From an uncultured Thermoleophilaceae bacterium (GTDB lineage Bacteria > Actinomycetota > Thermoleophilia > Solirubrobacterales > Thermoleophilaceae): a stretch of DNA of 64,000 bases. Made by a program: the position numbers and the translations under genes. Positions 28,281-38,282 of this stretch are shown here, in pieces. Location of the stretch: positions 25,074 to 89,073 of the forward strand of contig CAWKFR010000009.1 of the NCBI GenBank assembly GCA_963848885.1. Reading direction: 5' to 3'. Position 1 is the first letter of the stretch. Each line of letters starts with the position of its first letter. The notes below the pieces were generated by a model that made no database searches, was not told where the DNA came from, and saw nothing but the letters and a program-made list of their open reading frames with translations.

Positions 28281-29114
28281 GTGGCTACGCTCTCACCGAT
28301 CCGCATGCACTCCCGGCAGCCCGAGCCGCATCCCGCGTCAGCGGCCGCGGCAACCTTCACGACACGCGACATCCTCGGCGTGCCGGTGGCGATGCTCGAC
28401 TACGACCACGCCATCGGGGTCATGGACGGGCTGATCGAGCGCCGCGAGCGGGGCTACGTCTGCGTCGCTCCCGTCCACTCGCTGATGGTCGCCCAGGACG
28501 ACGCCGAGATGCGCGCAGCGCTGCGCGGGGCGACGATGGTCGTCGCCGACGGCATGCCGGTCGTGTGGGCCGCCAACCTGCTCGGCGAGCAGCTCGAGGA
28601 CCGCGTCTACGGGCCCGAGCTGATGCTGCGCTACTGCCGCCACTCGGCCGAGCGCGGACACCGCGTCTGGCTGTACGGCGGCCGCGACCAGGGCTCGCTC
28701 GTGCAGCTGGCGCTGTCGCTGCGCCGCCGCCACCCGGGCATCCAGGTCGTGGGCGGCTACTCGCCGCCGTTCCGCGCGCTGCGCGAGGACGAGGAGGACG
28801 CGATCGTCCGCCAGATCAACGAGGCGCGCCCGGACGTGCTCTGGGTCGGCATCGGCGTGCCCAAGCAGGAGAAGTGGATGGCGCGCATGCGCGAGCGGCT
28901 CGACGTGCCCGTGATGTGCGGCGTCGGCGCCGCCTTCGACTTCCACGCCGGCCGCGTCTCGATGGCGCCCGCCTGGATGCAGGAGCGGGGCCTCGAGTGG
29001 ATCTACCGCACCGCCCAGGAGCCGCGCCGCCTGCTCGGCCGCTACCTGAGCACGAACCCGCGCTTCGTCGCGGCGTTCGCGCGCCAGTACCTGCGCGAGC
29101 GGCGCCGCCGATGA
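28281..29114 (+). CDS. WecG/TagA/CpsF family (GT26) glycosyltransferase
   Basis: 277 aa. Motifs: ILGVPVAMLDYDHAI, VADGMPVVWAANLLG, VGIGVPKQEKWM, GVGAAFDFHAG, GLEWIYR. ATG 28305 is an alternative start. Confidence 0.85.
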   Translation: MATLSPIRMHSRQPEPHPASAAAATFTTRDILGVPVAMLDYDHAIGVMDGLIERRERGYVCVAPVHSLMVAQDDAEMRAALRGATMVVADGMPVVWAANLLGEQLEDRVYGPELMLRYCRHSAERGHRVWLYGGRDQGSLVQLALSLRRRHPGIQVVGGYSPPFRALREDEEDAIVRQINEARPDVLWVGIGVPKQEKWMARMRERLDVPVMCGVGAAFDFHAGRVSMAPAWMQERGLEWIYRTAQEPRRLLGRYLSTNPRFVAAFARQYLRERRRR

Positions 29115-30370
29115 AGGTCGCGGTCGTCGGCCTGGGCCGCGTGGGGCTGCCGCTGGCGCTGTCGTTCGCCGATCGCGGCCTGGAGGTGATCGGCGTCGAG
29201 CGCGAGCAGGCCGTGCTGGAGCAGGTGGCGGCGGGCCGCATGCCCTACCGCGAGACCGGCACGCAGGAGCTGCTCGAGCGGGTGCTCGGGTCCGATCGCC
29301 TGCACACCACGCGCACCGTGCAGGACGCCGCCGAGGCCGATCACATCGTGCTCACGCTCGGCACCCCCGCGCACGTGCACATCGAGATCGACATGTCGCA
29401 GATCAAGCAGGTGGTGGACGACCTGCTGCCGGTGCTGCGCGAGGGCCAGTCGCTGATCCTGCGCTCCACCGTCGCGCCCGGCACGACCGACTGGGTGGCG
29501 GGCTACATCGAGCAGCGGCGCGGCTTCCGCGTCGGCGAGGACCTGTTCGTCGCCCACGTGCCCGAGCGGATCGCTGAGAACCACTTCCTCGAGGAGATCG
29601 CCACGCTGCCCTGCATCGTCGGCGGCGTCGGCGAGGGCTCCGGCGCCAAGGCGGCCGAGCTTTTCGAGGTGTTCGGCGCCGAGATCGTCCAGACGACGCC
29701 CGTGCAGGCCGAGCTGGCCAAGATCTGGACCAACATCCTGCGCTACACGCAGTTCGCGCTGCCCAACCTGCTGATGATGGAGGCCGAGCAGTACGACGCC
29801 AACGTGTTCGAGGTGATCGACCTGATCAACCGCGACTATCCGCGCGGGGGGATCGCCAACCCGGGGCTGACCGCGGGCGCCTGCCTGCGCAAGGACTTCA
29901 CCTTCTCCGAGGAGCGCTCAAGCTCGCCCGGCATGCTGCTGTCCGTCTCGCGCGTGCACGAGACCGTGCCGCTGTTCCTCGTCAAGGGGCTCAAGGCGCG
30001 CCTGGGCGGCTCGCTGCGCGACCGCAAGGTCGCCGTCCTCGGCCTCACCTTCAAGCGCGACTCCGACGACCTGCGCGACTCGCTCTCGTTCAAGCTCGTG
30101 CGGCTGCTGGAGCGCGAGCTCGCCCACGTCGCGCGCCACGACCCGCACGTGACGGCGGGCTCCGATCCGCTCGACGCCGCCCTGGACGGCGCCGAGGCGG
30201 TCGTGATCGCCACCAACCACTCCGGCTTCGAGGACCTGCTGGCCCGCCTCCCTGACGGCGTGCTGCTCGTGGACCCGTGGAACGTGACGGGGTCGGGACG
30301 CGTGTTCGCGACGGTGCGCGAGCGCGCGGCGGTGACCAGCCGGGGGCTCGCGCCCCCGGACCCCCGCTAA
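29111..30370 (+). CDS. Nucleotide-sugar 6-dehydrogenase (UDP-glucose/GDP-mannose dehydrogenase family; WecC/WbpA-like)
   Basis: ATG overlaps the upstream stop (ATGA). MKVAVVGLGRVGLPLALSFA Rossmann motif, GLTAGACLRKD catalytic Cys context, and VLGLTFKRDSDDLRDS. Confidence 0.85.
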   Translation: MKVAVVGLGRVGLPLALSFADRGLEVIGVEREQAVLEQVAAGRMPYRETGTQELLERVLGSDRLHTTRTVQDAAEADHIVLTLGTPAHVHIEIDMSQIKQVVDDLLPVLREGQSLILRSTVAPGTTDWVAGYIEQRRGFRVGEDLFVAHVPERIAENHFLEEIATLPCIVGGVGEGSGAKAAELFEVFGAEIVQTTPVQAELAKIWTNILRYTQFALPNLLMMEAEQYDANVFEVIDLINRDYPRGGIANPGLTAGACLRKDFTFSEERSSSPGMLLSVSRVHETVPLFLVKGLKARLGGSLRDRKVAVLGLTFKRDSDDLRDSLSFKLVRLLERELAHVARHDPHVTAGSDPLDAALDGAEAVVIATNHSGFEDLLARLPDGVLLVDPWNVTGSGRVFATVRERAAVTSRGLAPPDPR

Positions 30371-30386
30371 TGCCTGGCCGGCTCGC

Positions 30387-31358
30387 GTGAGCCGGGTGCT
30401 CGTCACGGGCGGCGCCGGCACGATCGGCGCCGCGGTGGTGCGCCGGCTGACCGCGGCCGGCGGCTTCGAGGTGCGCGTCTCGGACCAGCGCGAGGCGCCC
30501 GCCTGGATGCACGAGTCGTGCGACGTGCACACCGGCAACCTGCTGCTCGCAGACGAGGCGCGCGCCGCCGTGAGCGGCTGCTCGCACGTGATCCACCTGG
30601 CCGCGATCGTCGGCGGGATCGCGAACTTCCACAAGCTGCCGCACACCCTGCTCGAGGTCAACAACGGCCTCTACAACGCCGTGTTCAGGGCGGCGCTCGA
30701 CCAGCGGGTCGAGCGGCTCGTGTACGTCTCGTCGTCGATGGTGTTCGAGCGCGCGACCGAGTTCCCCACCACCGAGGAGCACCTGCTCGACTGCCCCGCG
30801 CCGCGCTCGGCCTACGGCTTCTCGAAGCTGGCCGGCGAGGTCTACTGCCGCGCCCTGCACGACGAGCACGGCCTGCCCTACACGATCTGCCGCCCCTTCA
30901 ACGCCTACGGGCCGGGCGAGCTGCCGGACGCCGAGCCGGGCATCGCCCACATGGTCCCCGACGTGATCCGCAAGGTGCTGGCCGGGACGCGGCCGCTGCC
31001 GATCTTCGGCTCGGGCGAGCAGACGCGCACGCTCACGCACGTGGACGACATCGCAGACGGGATCGTCACGGCGATGGGTCACCCCGCCGCCGAGAACGAG
31101 GACTTCAACGTGTCCGCCTCGGAGGAGCACACGGTCGCGGAGCTCGCCCGGATCATCTGGGAGGCCTGCGGCGAGGACCCGGCCGCCTTCGAGCTCGAGC
31201 ACCTGCCGTCGTTCGAGGTCGACGTGCAGCGCCGCTGGCCGTCGGTGGAGAAGGCCAGGCGGCTGCTGGGCTGGGAGGCGCAGGTGGATCTGCGCGACGG
31301 GATCGCGGGGACGGTCGAGTGGCTACGGGAGCGCGAGCTTGCAGCCCGTGGCGGGTGA
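30387..31358 (+). CDS. NAD-dependent sugar-nucleotide epimerase/dehydratase (SDR)
   Basis: 323 aa. VLVTGGAGTIGAAV and YGFSK YxxxK motifs. Confidence 0.85.
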   Translation: MSRVLVTGGAGTIGAAVVRRLTAAGGFEVRVSDQREAPAWMHESCDVHTGNLLLADEARAAVSGCSHVIHLAAIVGGIANFHKLPHTLLEVNNGLYNAVFRAALDQRVERLVYVSSSMVFERATEFPTTEEHLLDCPAPRSAYGFSKLAGEVYCRALHDEHGLPYTICRPFNAYGPGELPDAEPGIAHMVPDVIRKVLAGTRPLPIFGSGEQTRTLTHVDDIADGIVTAMGHPAAENEDFNVSASEEHTVAELARIIWEACGEDPAAFELEHLPSFEVDVQRRWPSVEKARRLLGWEAQVDLRDGIAGTVEWLRERELAARGG

Positions 31359-32277
31359 GGGCCGCGAGGCGCGCGGCCCGGCCGGCGGGCGCGCCTTCGT
31401 CACCGGCGGCGCCGGCTTCGCGGGGCGCCACCTGCTCGACCTGCTGCCCGGCGCGGTCGCGCCGTCGCGCGAGGAGGTCGACCTGCTCGACCCCGCCGCG
31501 CTGACCGAGGCGATCCGCGACAGCGCGCCCGAGACCGTCTGGCACCTCGCCGCCCTGGCGTCCGTGGGCCGGTCCTGGGATGCGCCGGCGCAGACGATCG
31601 CCGACAACGTGGCGATGACCGTCAACCTGCTCGAAGCCGTGCGCGCCGAGGCGCCGCAGGCGGTGGTCGTGCTGATCAGCTCCGGCGACATCTACGGCCC
31701 GCCGGAGCGGCTGCCGGTCGACGAGGACGCGCCGCTGCGCCCGCAGAACCCGTACGCGGTCTCGAAGGCCACCTGCGACCTGCTCGGCGGCCAGTACGCC
31801 GATGCCACCGGGCTGCGCGTGGTGCGGCTGCGCCCCTTCAACCACACCGGCCCGGGCCAGGGCGACGACTACGTGGTCGGCACGATCACCCGCCAGGTGG
31901 CGGAGGCGGAGGCGGCCGGGCGCGACGAGGCGGTCGTGCTGACCGGCAACCCCGATTCGGCGCGCGACTTCTCGGACGTGCGGGACGTGGCGCGCGCGTA
32001 CGTCGCCGCGGCCGAGCTCGAGCCGGGCGTCTACAACGTCGCCAGCGGCCGGGCGGTGAGCGTGCGCGACCTGATCGAGCTGGTCCGCTCGGCCGCCCGC
32101 ATCCCGGTGCGCCACGAGGTCGACCCGGCGCGCGTGCGCGGTCACGACGTCCCGGAGGTGCGCGGGTCCGCCGAGCGGCTGCGGGCCGCCACCGGCTGGG
32201 AGCCCGAGATACCGCTCCAGCGCACCGTCGCCGACGCCCTCGACGCGTGGCGGGAGGCGCTCGGGGCGACGCGGTGA
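31339..32277 (+). CDS. GDP-4-dehydro-6-deoxy-D-mannose reductase-like SDR (Rmd-like)
   Basis: Motifs: AFVTGGAGFAGRHL, YAVSK, RPFNHTGPGQGDDYVVGTI. TTG 31339 or GTG 31348 as start. Confidence 0.68.
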   Translation: MQPVAGEGREARGPAGGRAFVTGGAGFAGRHLLDLLPGAVAPSREEVDLLDPAALTEAIRDSAPETVWHLAALASVGRSWDAPAQTIADNVAMTVNLLEAVRAEAPQAVVVLISSGDIYGPPERLPVDEDAPLRPQNPYAVSKATCDLLGGQYADATGLRVVRLRPFNHTGPGQGDDYVVGTITRQVAEAEAAGRDEAVVLTGNPDSARDFSDVRDVARAYVAAAELEPGVYNVASGRAVSVRDLIELVRSAARIPVRHEVDPARVRGHDVPEVRGSAERLRAATGWEPEIPLQRTVADALDAWREALGATR

Positions 32278-33301
32278 CGGCTGACTCGATCGCGGTCGTC
32301 GTCGTCACCCACGACAGCGCCTCCCATGTCGGCGCGACGCTCGCCGCGGTGAGTGGGCAGCTGCGCGAGGGCGACGAGCTGATCGTGGTGGACAACGGCT
32401 CGGGCGACGCGACCGCCGCCGCGGTGCGCGCCGCGGCCCCGCAGGCGCTCCTCGTCGAGCAGGACAACCGCGGCTTCGCCGGCGGCGCCACGCGCGGCGC
32501 CCAGCTGGCCGGCGCTGCGCTGCTGCTGTTCCTCAACCCGGACGCCCATCCCGCGCCCGGCTGCCTCGACGAGCTGCGCCGCGTGGCTGCGGAGCGGCCT
32601 GGCTGGGGCGCCTGGCAGGCGCTCGTCACGATGGACGGCGGCACGCGCATCAACACCGCCGGCAACGTGGCTCACTTCCTCGGAATCTCGCTGGGCCGGG
32701 CGCTGCGGCCGCCCGCTGTCCGACGCCCCGCGGGCGCCCGAGGAGGTCGCCTTCGCGTCGGGCGCCGCGCTGGTCGTGCGGCGCGAGGCCTGGGAGCGGG
32801 CCGGCGGCTTCGACGAGCGCTACTTCATGTACTGCGAGGACCTCGACCTGGGGCTGCGCCTGTGGCTGGGCGGCCTCGGCGTGGGGATCGCGCCGGCCGC
32901 GCGCGTGGAGCACGACTACGACTTCGAGAAGGGGCAGCGCAAGTGGTTCCTGCTCGAGCGCAACCGCTGGTGGACGATCGTGTCGCGACTACCCCACCGC
33001 GCTGCTGGCACTGCTCGCGCCCGCCCTGCTCGCGGCGGAGCTGGGACTGCTCGCCGTGGCCGCCCGCGACGGCTGGCTGGGCGCGAAGCTGCGCTCCCAG
33101 GTCGCGGTGGCGCGCGCGCTGCCCGCGATGCTGGAGCGCCGCCGGGCGGTCCAGGCGCGGCGCGTGACCGGCACCGCCGAGTTCGCCCGGCGGCTGACGG
33201 CCGACCTCGACAGCCCCTACCTCGGGCCGGTCGCGCAGGTCGCGCCGCTGGCGGCCGCCCAGCGCGCCTACTGGGCGGTCGTGCTGAGGCTGCTCGCGTA
33301 G
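32274..33301 (+). pseudogene. GT2 family glycosyltransferase (rhamnosyltransferase-like), two frame breaks as given
   Basis: GTG overlaps the upstream stop (GTGA). Pieces: IAVVVVTHDSASHV...LIVVDNGSGD...NPDAHP / ...EEVAFASGAALVVRREAWERAGGFDERYFMYCEDLDLGLRL...ERNRWWTIV / DYPTALLALLAPALL...AYWAVVLRLLA. Breaks are near 32690 and 32985. Confidence 0.72.
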
Positions 33302-34435
33302 ATCGCCAGCAGGTCCGCCAGGTAGCGCTGCTCGGAGTGGCGCTCGCGCGCGCGGCCGAGCAGCCGCTCGCCCTCCTCGCGGCGCCGTCCCGGGTCGCTC
33401 CACAGCTCGCGCATGCGGGCGGCCAGCGCGGCGGCGTCGCCGAGCGCCACGCAGCGGTCCGGGCCGATCAGCTCGGGCACGCCGCCGCTGCGCGTGGCGA
33501 CCACGGGCAGCCCCGCTCCCATCGCCTCGAGCACCGAGAAGGGCGAGAACTCGTGGCTGCGCGAGCTGAGCACGAGCCCGGCGGCGCCGCGCAGCAGCGC
33601 CGGCATCTCCGCCCGCGCGACGCGGGCCGAGCAGCCGGACGGGCGCCTGGGTGGTGGCGACGAGCTCGTCCAGCTCGGGCCGGGCCGGGCCGTCGCCGGC
33701 GATCCAGAGCGGCACTCCGGCGAGCCGCGCGGCCTCGATCGCGACGTCGAGCCCCTTCTCCGGCGAGAGCCTGCCGGCGGCGAGCAGGTAGGTCCCCTGG
33801 TGCGCGCTCGAGGCGCCGGCCAGCTCCTCGGCCGGCACGTAGTGGGTGAGCACGTCGAGGCGGTCGGCCGGCACGCCGAGCCGGGCCAGCTGGCCCGCCG
33901 CCCAGCGGCTGGGCGCGACGAAGCGGTCGGTGGAGGCGAGCGCGAGGGGCTGGTGGAGCGCCAGGCCGGCGGCGTAGGCGAACGCCTCCGGCAGCGACCC
34001 GCGGCAGTTGAGCACGAGCCCCGGCAGCGTGTTGCGCCCGCGGCAGCGAAAGCAGGGCGCCCCGTCGCGCGCCGCGACCCCGATGGCGCAGAACAGCCGC
34101 GCGTTGTGGAGGTGCAGCACGACGCGCGCGCCGGCCGAGCGCGCGGCGGCGAGCCCGCGCGGGCCGATCAGCGGCTGCATGTTGTGCACGTGGGCGACGT
34201 CGGCGCCGAGCTCGCGGACCGCGCCCGCGACGTCCTGCTCGGCGGCGCCGCCGCGCAGCAGGGCGGTCGCGGCGTCGATCCGCCCCGCCCGGCTGGAGTC
34301 GCGCTCGAGCAGCCGGTGCTCGACGCCGCCGTTCGCCAGTGCGCGGCGCTGCAGCTCGACGGAGCGCTCCTCGCCGCCCTCGAAGCGATAGCGGTTGTGG
34401 AGCAGGAGGACGCGGGGGTGGCCCGGTGCGCTCAT
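33268..34435 (-). pseudogene. GT4 family glycosyltransferase, one frame break as given
   Basis: N-terminal part from track ORF 32825..34435 (RVLLLHNRYRFEGGEERSV...LSPEKGLDV...IAGDGP). C-terminal part from track ORF 33268..33606 (LVLSSRSHEFSPFSVLEAMGAGLPVVATRSGGVPELI). Break near 33620. Confidence 0.75.
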
Positions 34436-34461
34436 GAGGCCGGGCTACGCTATCGCCCCCG

Positions 34462-35310
34462 ATGGACCCGCCCGTGGTGTCAGTCGTGGTCCCCACGCGC
34501 GGCCGCGCGGCGTACCTCGAGGTGACGCTCGACTCGCTGCTCGAGCAGCGCGGTGGGATCCCCAGCGAGATCCTCGTCGTCGACGACGGCGACGGCCCGG
34601 CGACCGCCGCGGCGGTGCGCGCGCGGCCGACCGTCCGCTACGTCCCGCCCGGGCCGGCGCGCGGGCTGAACGCCGCCCGCAACACCGGCCTGCGCGAGAG
34701 CCGCTCGCCGCTGGTCGCGTTCGTCGACGACGACGTGTTCGTGCCGCCGGGCTGGCTCGAGGCGCTCGTCGAGGGCGCCGGGCGCCACCCGGACGCGGGC
34801 GCCTTCGGCGGGCCGATCCGCGCCCGGCTGGAGGGCCGCCCGCCGCGCAGCTGCGGGCGCGAGGATCCCCCGATCACGACGCTCGACCTGGGCGACCGCG
34901 ACCGCGAGGCCGACGTCGTCTGGGGGGCGAACTTCGCGGTCCGCCGCGCCGCCGTCGAGCAGGTCGGGCCGTTCGACGAGTCGATCACCCGGCCGCACGG
35001 GGACGAGGAGGAGTGGCTGGAGCGGCTGCGCCGCGGCGGAGGTCGCGTCGTGTACCTGGCCGGGGCCGGGCTCGACCACCGCCGCACCGCCGCCGACGCG
35101 CGCCTGCGACCGCTCGCCAGAGCCGCCTACGCGCGCGGCCGCGGCGCCCGCGCGAGCGACGACCGGCGCGGGCGGGCCCCGTCCGTGGGGCGCGAGCTGC
35201 GCGTGCTCGCGGGCTGCGGCTGGCACACGCTCAGGCGCGGCTGCCCGCAGGGCGTGATCATGGGCGCCCACTCGGCGGGGCGCGTGGTGGAGGCGCTGCG
35301 ATCGCGGTGA
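34462..35310 (+). CDS. GT2 family glycosyltransferase
   Basis: 282 aa. Motifs: VSVVVPTRGRAAYL, ILVVDDGDG, AFVDDDV. Confidence 0.8.
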   Translation: MDPPVVSVVVPTRGRAAYLEVTLDSLLEQRGGIPSEILVVDDGDGPATAAAVRARPTVRYVPPGPARGLNAARNTGLRESRSPLVAFVDDDVFVPPGWLEALVEGAGRHPDAGAFGGPIRARLEGRPPRSCGREDPPITTLDLGDRDREADVVWGANFAVRRAAVEQVGPFDESITRPHGDEEEWLERLRRGGGRVVYLAGAGLDHRRTAADARLRPLARAAYARGRGARASDDRRGRAPSVGRELRVLAGCGWHTLRRGCPQGVIMGAHSAGRVVEALRSR

Positions 35311-36152
35311 GCGACGACTTCCTGTCGGGCGACGCCGGCGACGTGACCCACCCCTGGCGGCGGGTCAAGCGCGCCGCGGGCGAGCTCGCCTTCAGCGCCG
35401 TCGACAGAGCGGCGCGCGTCGGGCGGCGCGCCGACGCCGTCGCGGCCGCGACGCCGTCCCAGCGCGTGCTGGTGGCCTGCGTGTACCGGCCCGGGTCGCT
35501 CGCCGCCGAGGCCGCGCGCGCGTTGCGCTCGGATCGCCACGACGTGCGCCTCGCCTTCGGCGCGACGGCGGCCGCCGAGCCGGCGCTCCGCGCGAGCACC
35601 GTCGCCGAGGGGCTGGGCGGCGGCAAGTTCGAGAACCTCAACCAGGTGCTCGAGGCCGCGCCCGGGGAGTTCGACTGGCTGCTCGTCGTCGACGACGACG
35701 TGCGGCTGCCCGAGCGCTTCCTGGACCGCTTCGTCGGCCTCTGCTGCCACTTCGAGCTGGACCTGGCGCAGCCGGCCCAGAGCCAGCGCAGCCACTCCGC
35801 CTGGCGCGTGACGCGGCGGCGGCCGGCGTCGCTGGTGCGCGAGACGCGCTTCGTCGAGATCGGGCCGCTGACCGCCTTCGGGCGGCGCGCCGCCGGCGAG
35901 CTGCTGCCGTTCCCCCCGCTGCGCTTCGGCTGGGGGCTCGACCTGCACTGGGCGGCGCTGGCCGCCGAGCGCGGCTGGCGACTCGGCGTCGTGGACGCCA
36001 CCCCGGTGCGCCACGAGGCGGCTGTCGTCGGCAGCGCCTACCGCACCGGCGACGCGCGGGCCGAGGCGGCCCGCTTCCTCGCCGACCGCCCCCACCTGCC
36101 CGCCGCGAGCGCGGGCGAGGTCGTCGCCACCCACCGGCGGGCGCTGCGCTGA
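35307..36152 (+). CDS. Hypothetical protein with GT-A-like DDD motif
   Basis: GTG overlaps the upstream stop (GTGA). WLLVVDDDVRLPERFLDRF, later FGWGLDLHWA. Family not recognised. Confidence 0.5.
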   Translation: MSDDFLSGDAGDVTHPWRRVKRAAGELAFSAVDRAARVGRRADAVAAATPSQRVLVACVYRPGSLAAEAARALRSDRHDVRLAFGATAAAEPALRASTVAEGLGGGKFENLNQVLEAAPGEFDWLLVVDDDVRLPERFLDRFVGLCCHFELDLAQPAQSQRSHSAWRVTRRRPASLVRETRFVEIGPLTAFGRRAAGELLPFPPLRFGWGLDLHWAALAAERGWRLGVVDATPVRHEAAVVGSAYRTGDARAEAARFLADRPHLPAASAGEVVATHRRALR

Positions 36153-37244
36153 TGCGCCTGCTGTTCCTCGCCCCCGACATGCAGCGCGGCGGCGCCGAGC
36201 GACACTGGGCGACGCTGCTGCCTGCGCTCGCCGCGCGAGGGCACGAGGTCCGGCTGGTCTGCCTCAACGACGAGGGGCCGCTGTTCGAGTCGGTGCGCGC
36301 CGCGGGCGTGGCGGCGACCTGCCTGCATCTGCGCGGGCGCGCCGACGCGCGCGGCCTGCGGCGCGCGCTCGCGGAGTCCGGGTCGCGCCCGGGCGCCGTG
36401 GTCACGCGCGGCGTGAGCCCCCAACTCGCCGGCGCGGCGATCGCGCGGCGCGCCGGCGCCGCCCACGTGCTCAACGAGCACACCCCGCTCACCGCGGCCG
36501 GCGAGCTGCTCGCCGCGCGTCCGCACCAGCGCCTGTTGACCAGGCTGGTCGCGCCGCGCGTGGATCGCGTGATCGCGGTCAGCGAGCGCCAGGTCGCGCC
36601 GCTCGCGCTGCTCGGCTACCGGCGCGAGCGGATCACGGTGGTGCCCAACGGGCTGTTCGAGTCCGACGTCGAGCTGCACGCGCGCCCGGACGCCACGCGC
36701 CGCGAGCTCGGCCTGGACGACGGGCACTTCGCCGTCCTGTGCGTGGCCAACCTGCGCCCGGAGAAGGGCGTCGCGGCGTTCGCCGAGGCGGTGGCCCGCG
36801 CCCGGCGCCAGCTGCCTCGGCTGCGCGGGCTGGTCGCCGGCGACGGGCCGCAGCGCGCCGAGCTGGAGCGGCTCGAGGACGTGCGCCTGCTCGGGTCGCG
36901 CGGCGACGTGCCGGACCTGATCGCCGCCTGCGACGCGCTCTGCCTGCTCAGCGAGGCCGAGGCGCTGCCGATCAGCGTGCTCGAGGCGATGGCGCTCGGC
37001 CGCCCGGTCGTCGCCACCGACGTGGGCGGGATCGCAGAGGCGGTCGTACACGCGCAGACCGGGCTGGTCGTGCCGCCCGGCGACGTGGCGGCGGCCGCGG
37101 CTGGCGCTCGGCCACCTGGCTGCCGCGCCCGAGTGGGCGCGCGAGCTCGGCGAGCGGGGCCGGGCGCGCCAGCGCGAGCGCTTCGGCGGCGCGGCGATGG
37201 TCGACGGCTACGAGGCCGCGCTGGCGGAGGTGGCCACCCGGTGA
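36152..37244 (+). pseudogene. GT4 family glycosyltransferase, one frame break as given
   Basis: Motifs: MRLLFLAPDMQRGGAERH, LRPEKG, LLSEAEALPISVLEAMALGRPVVATDVGGIAEAV. After GDVAAAA (about 37098) the sensible C-terminus LALGHLAAAPEWARELGERGRARQRERFGGAAMVDGYEAALAEVATR* is in another frame, ending at TGA 37242-37244. Confidence 0.75.
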
Positions 37245-38282
37245 GCGACGTCCTGCTGCTCTCGCTCGGCACGACGCTGGGCTGGCGCGTGGCGGACGCG
37301 CAGTTCGCCGACGGCCTGCGCCGCGCCGGGGCGTCCGTCGCGGCGGCCTCGGTGCGGATGGGCGCCACCGGCCGGCTGCGCCGCGCCTACCCGGTCACGG
37401 ACATGGTCGAGGCGGTCGCGGCGCGGCGCGCGCTGCGGGCCGCCCTCGACGCCGAGCGGCCGCGCGCGCTCGTGATCAGCTCCACGACCGCGGCGCTGCT
37501 CGCCGACCCGCAGGGCCTCCCCTACGCCGTCCGGCTCGACGCACCGGCGCGGCTGAACCGCCCGGGGCCCCGGAACGCCGGGCTCCACGCGCTCGAGCGG
37601 CGCGCGCTCGGCTCGGCCCGGCTCGTGCTGCCCTGGAGCGAGGCCGCGCTGGCGGCGCTGCCCGCCGGGCACGCGCCGGCGCGTCGTCGTGCCGCCGCCG
37701 GTCGAGCCGTCCGGCGAGCGACCCTGGAGGCGGGAGCGGATGGCCGTCGCCTACACGCCCGACGTGAAGGCGAAGGGGCTCGACATCGTCTGCGGGGCCT
37801 GGGCCGCGGCGCGTCCCGCGGACGCGCGCCTGGCGGTCTTCGGGGTGGAGCGGGAGGCCGCGCTGGCGCACCTCGCGCGCACGGGCACGCCTGTCCCCCC
37901 CGACGCGGACTTCCACGGCAAGGCGCCGCCCGGCGAGTTCCGCGCCGCGCTGCGCCACGCCCGCGTCTATCTCGGCGGCGCGCGCTGGGAGGACTTCGGG
38001 ATGGCGCCGCTGGAGGCGCTGGCGGACGGCGCGCTGGTGGCGACCGTCCCGTCCGGGGGCCCGTTCGAGGCGCTCGCCATGGCGCGCGAGCTGGCGCCGG
38101 AGCTGGTGGCCGCGGAGGTCGCGGCGGAGCCGCTGGGCGCCGCGCTGCGCGCCGCCTTCGAGCTGCCCGAGGCGCGCGTGGAGGACTACCGCCGGCGCGC
38201 CGCGGCGCTGGTGGAGCGCTTCAGCGTGGAGGCGATCGACCGCACGATCGCGGCGCGGGTCCTGCCCGCGCTGCTGGGCTAG
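37241..38282 (+). pseudogene. GT-B fold glycosyltransferase-like protein, one frame break as given
   Basis: GTG overlaps the upstream stop (GTGA). N-terminal part VSDVLLLSLGTTLGWRVAD...; C-terminal part from track ORF 37689..38282 with ARWEDFGMAPLEALADGALVATVPSGGP (E-x7-E-like). Break near 37680. Confidence 0.6.
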
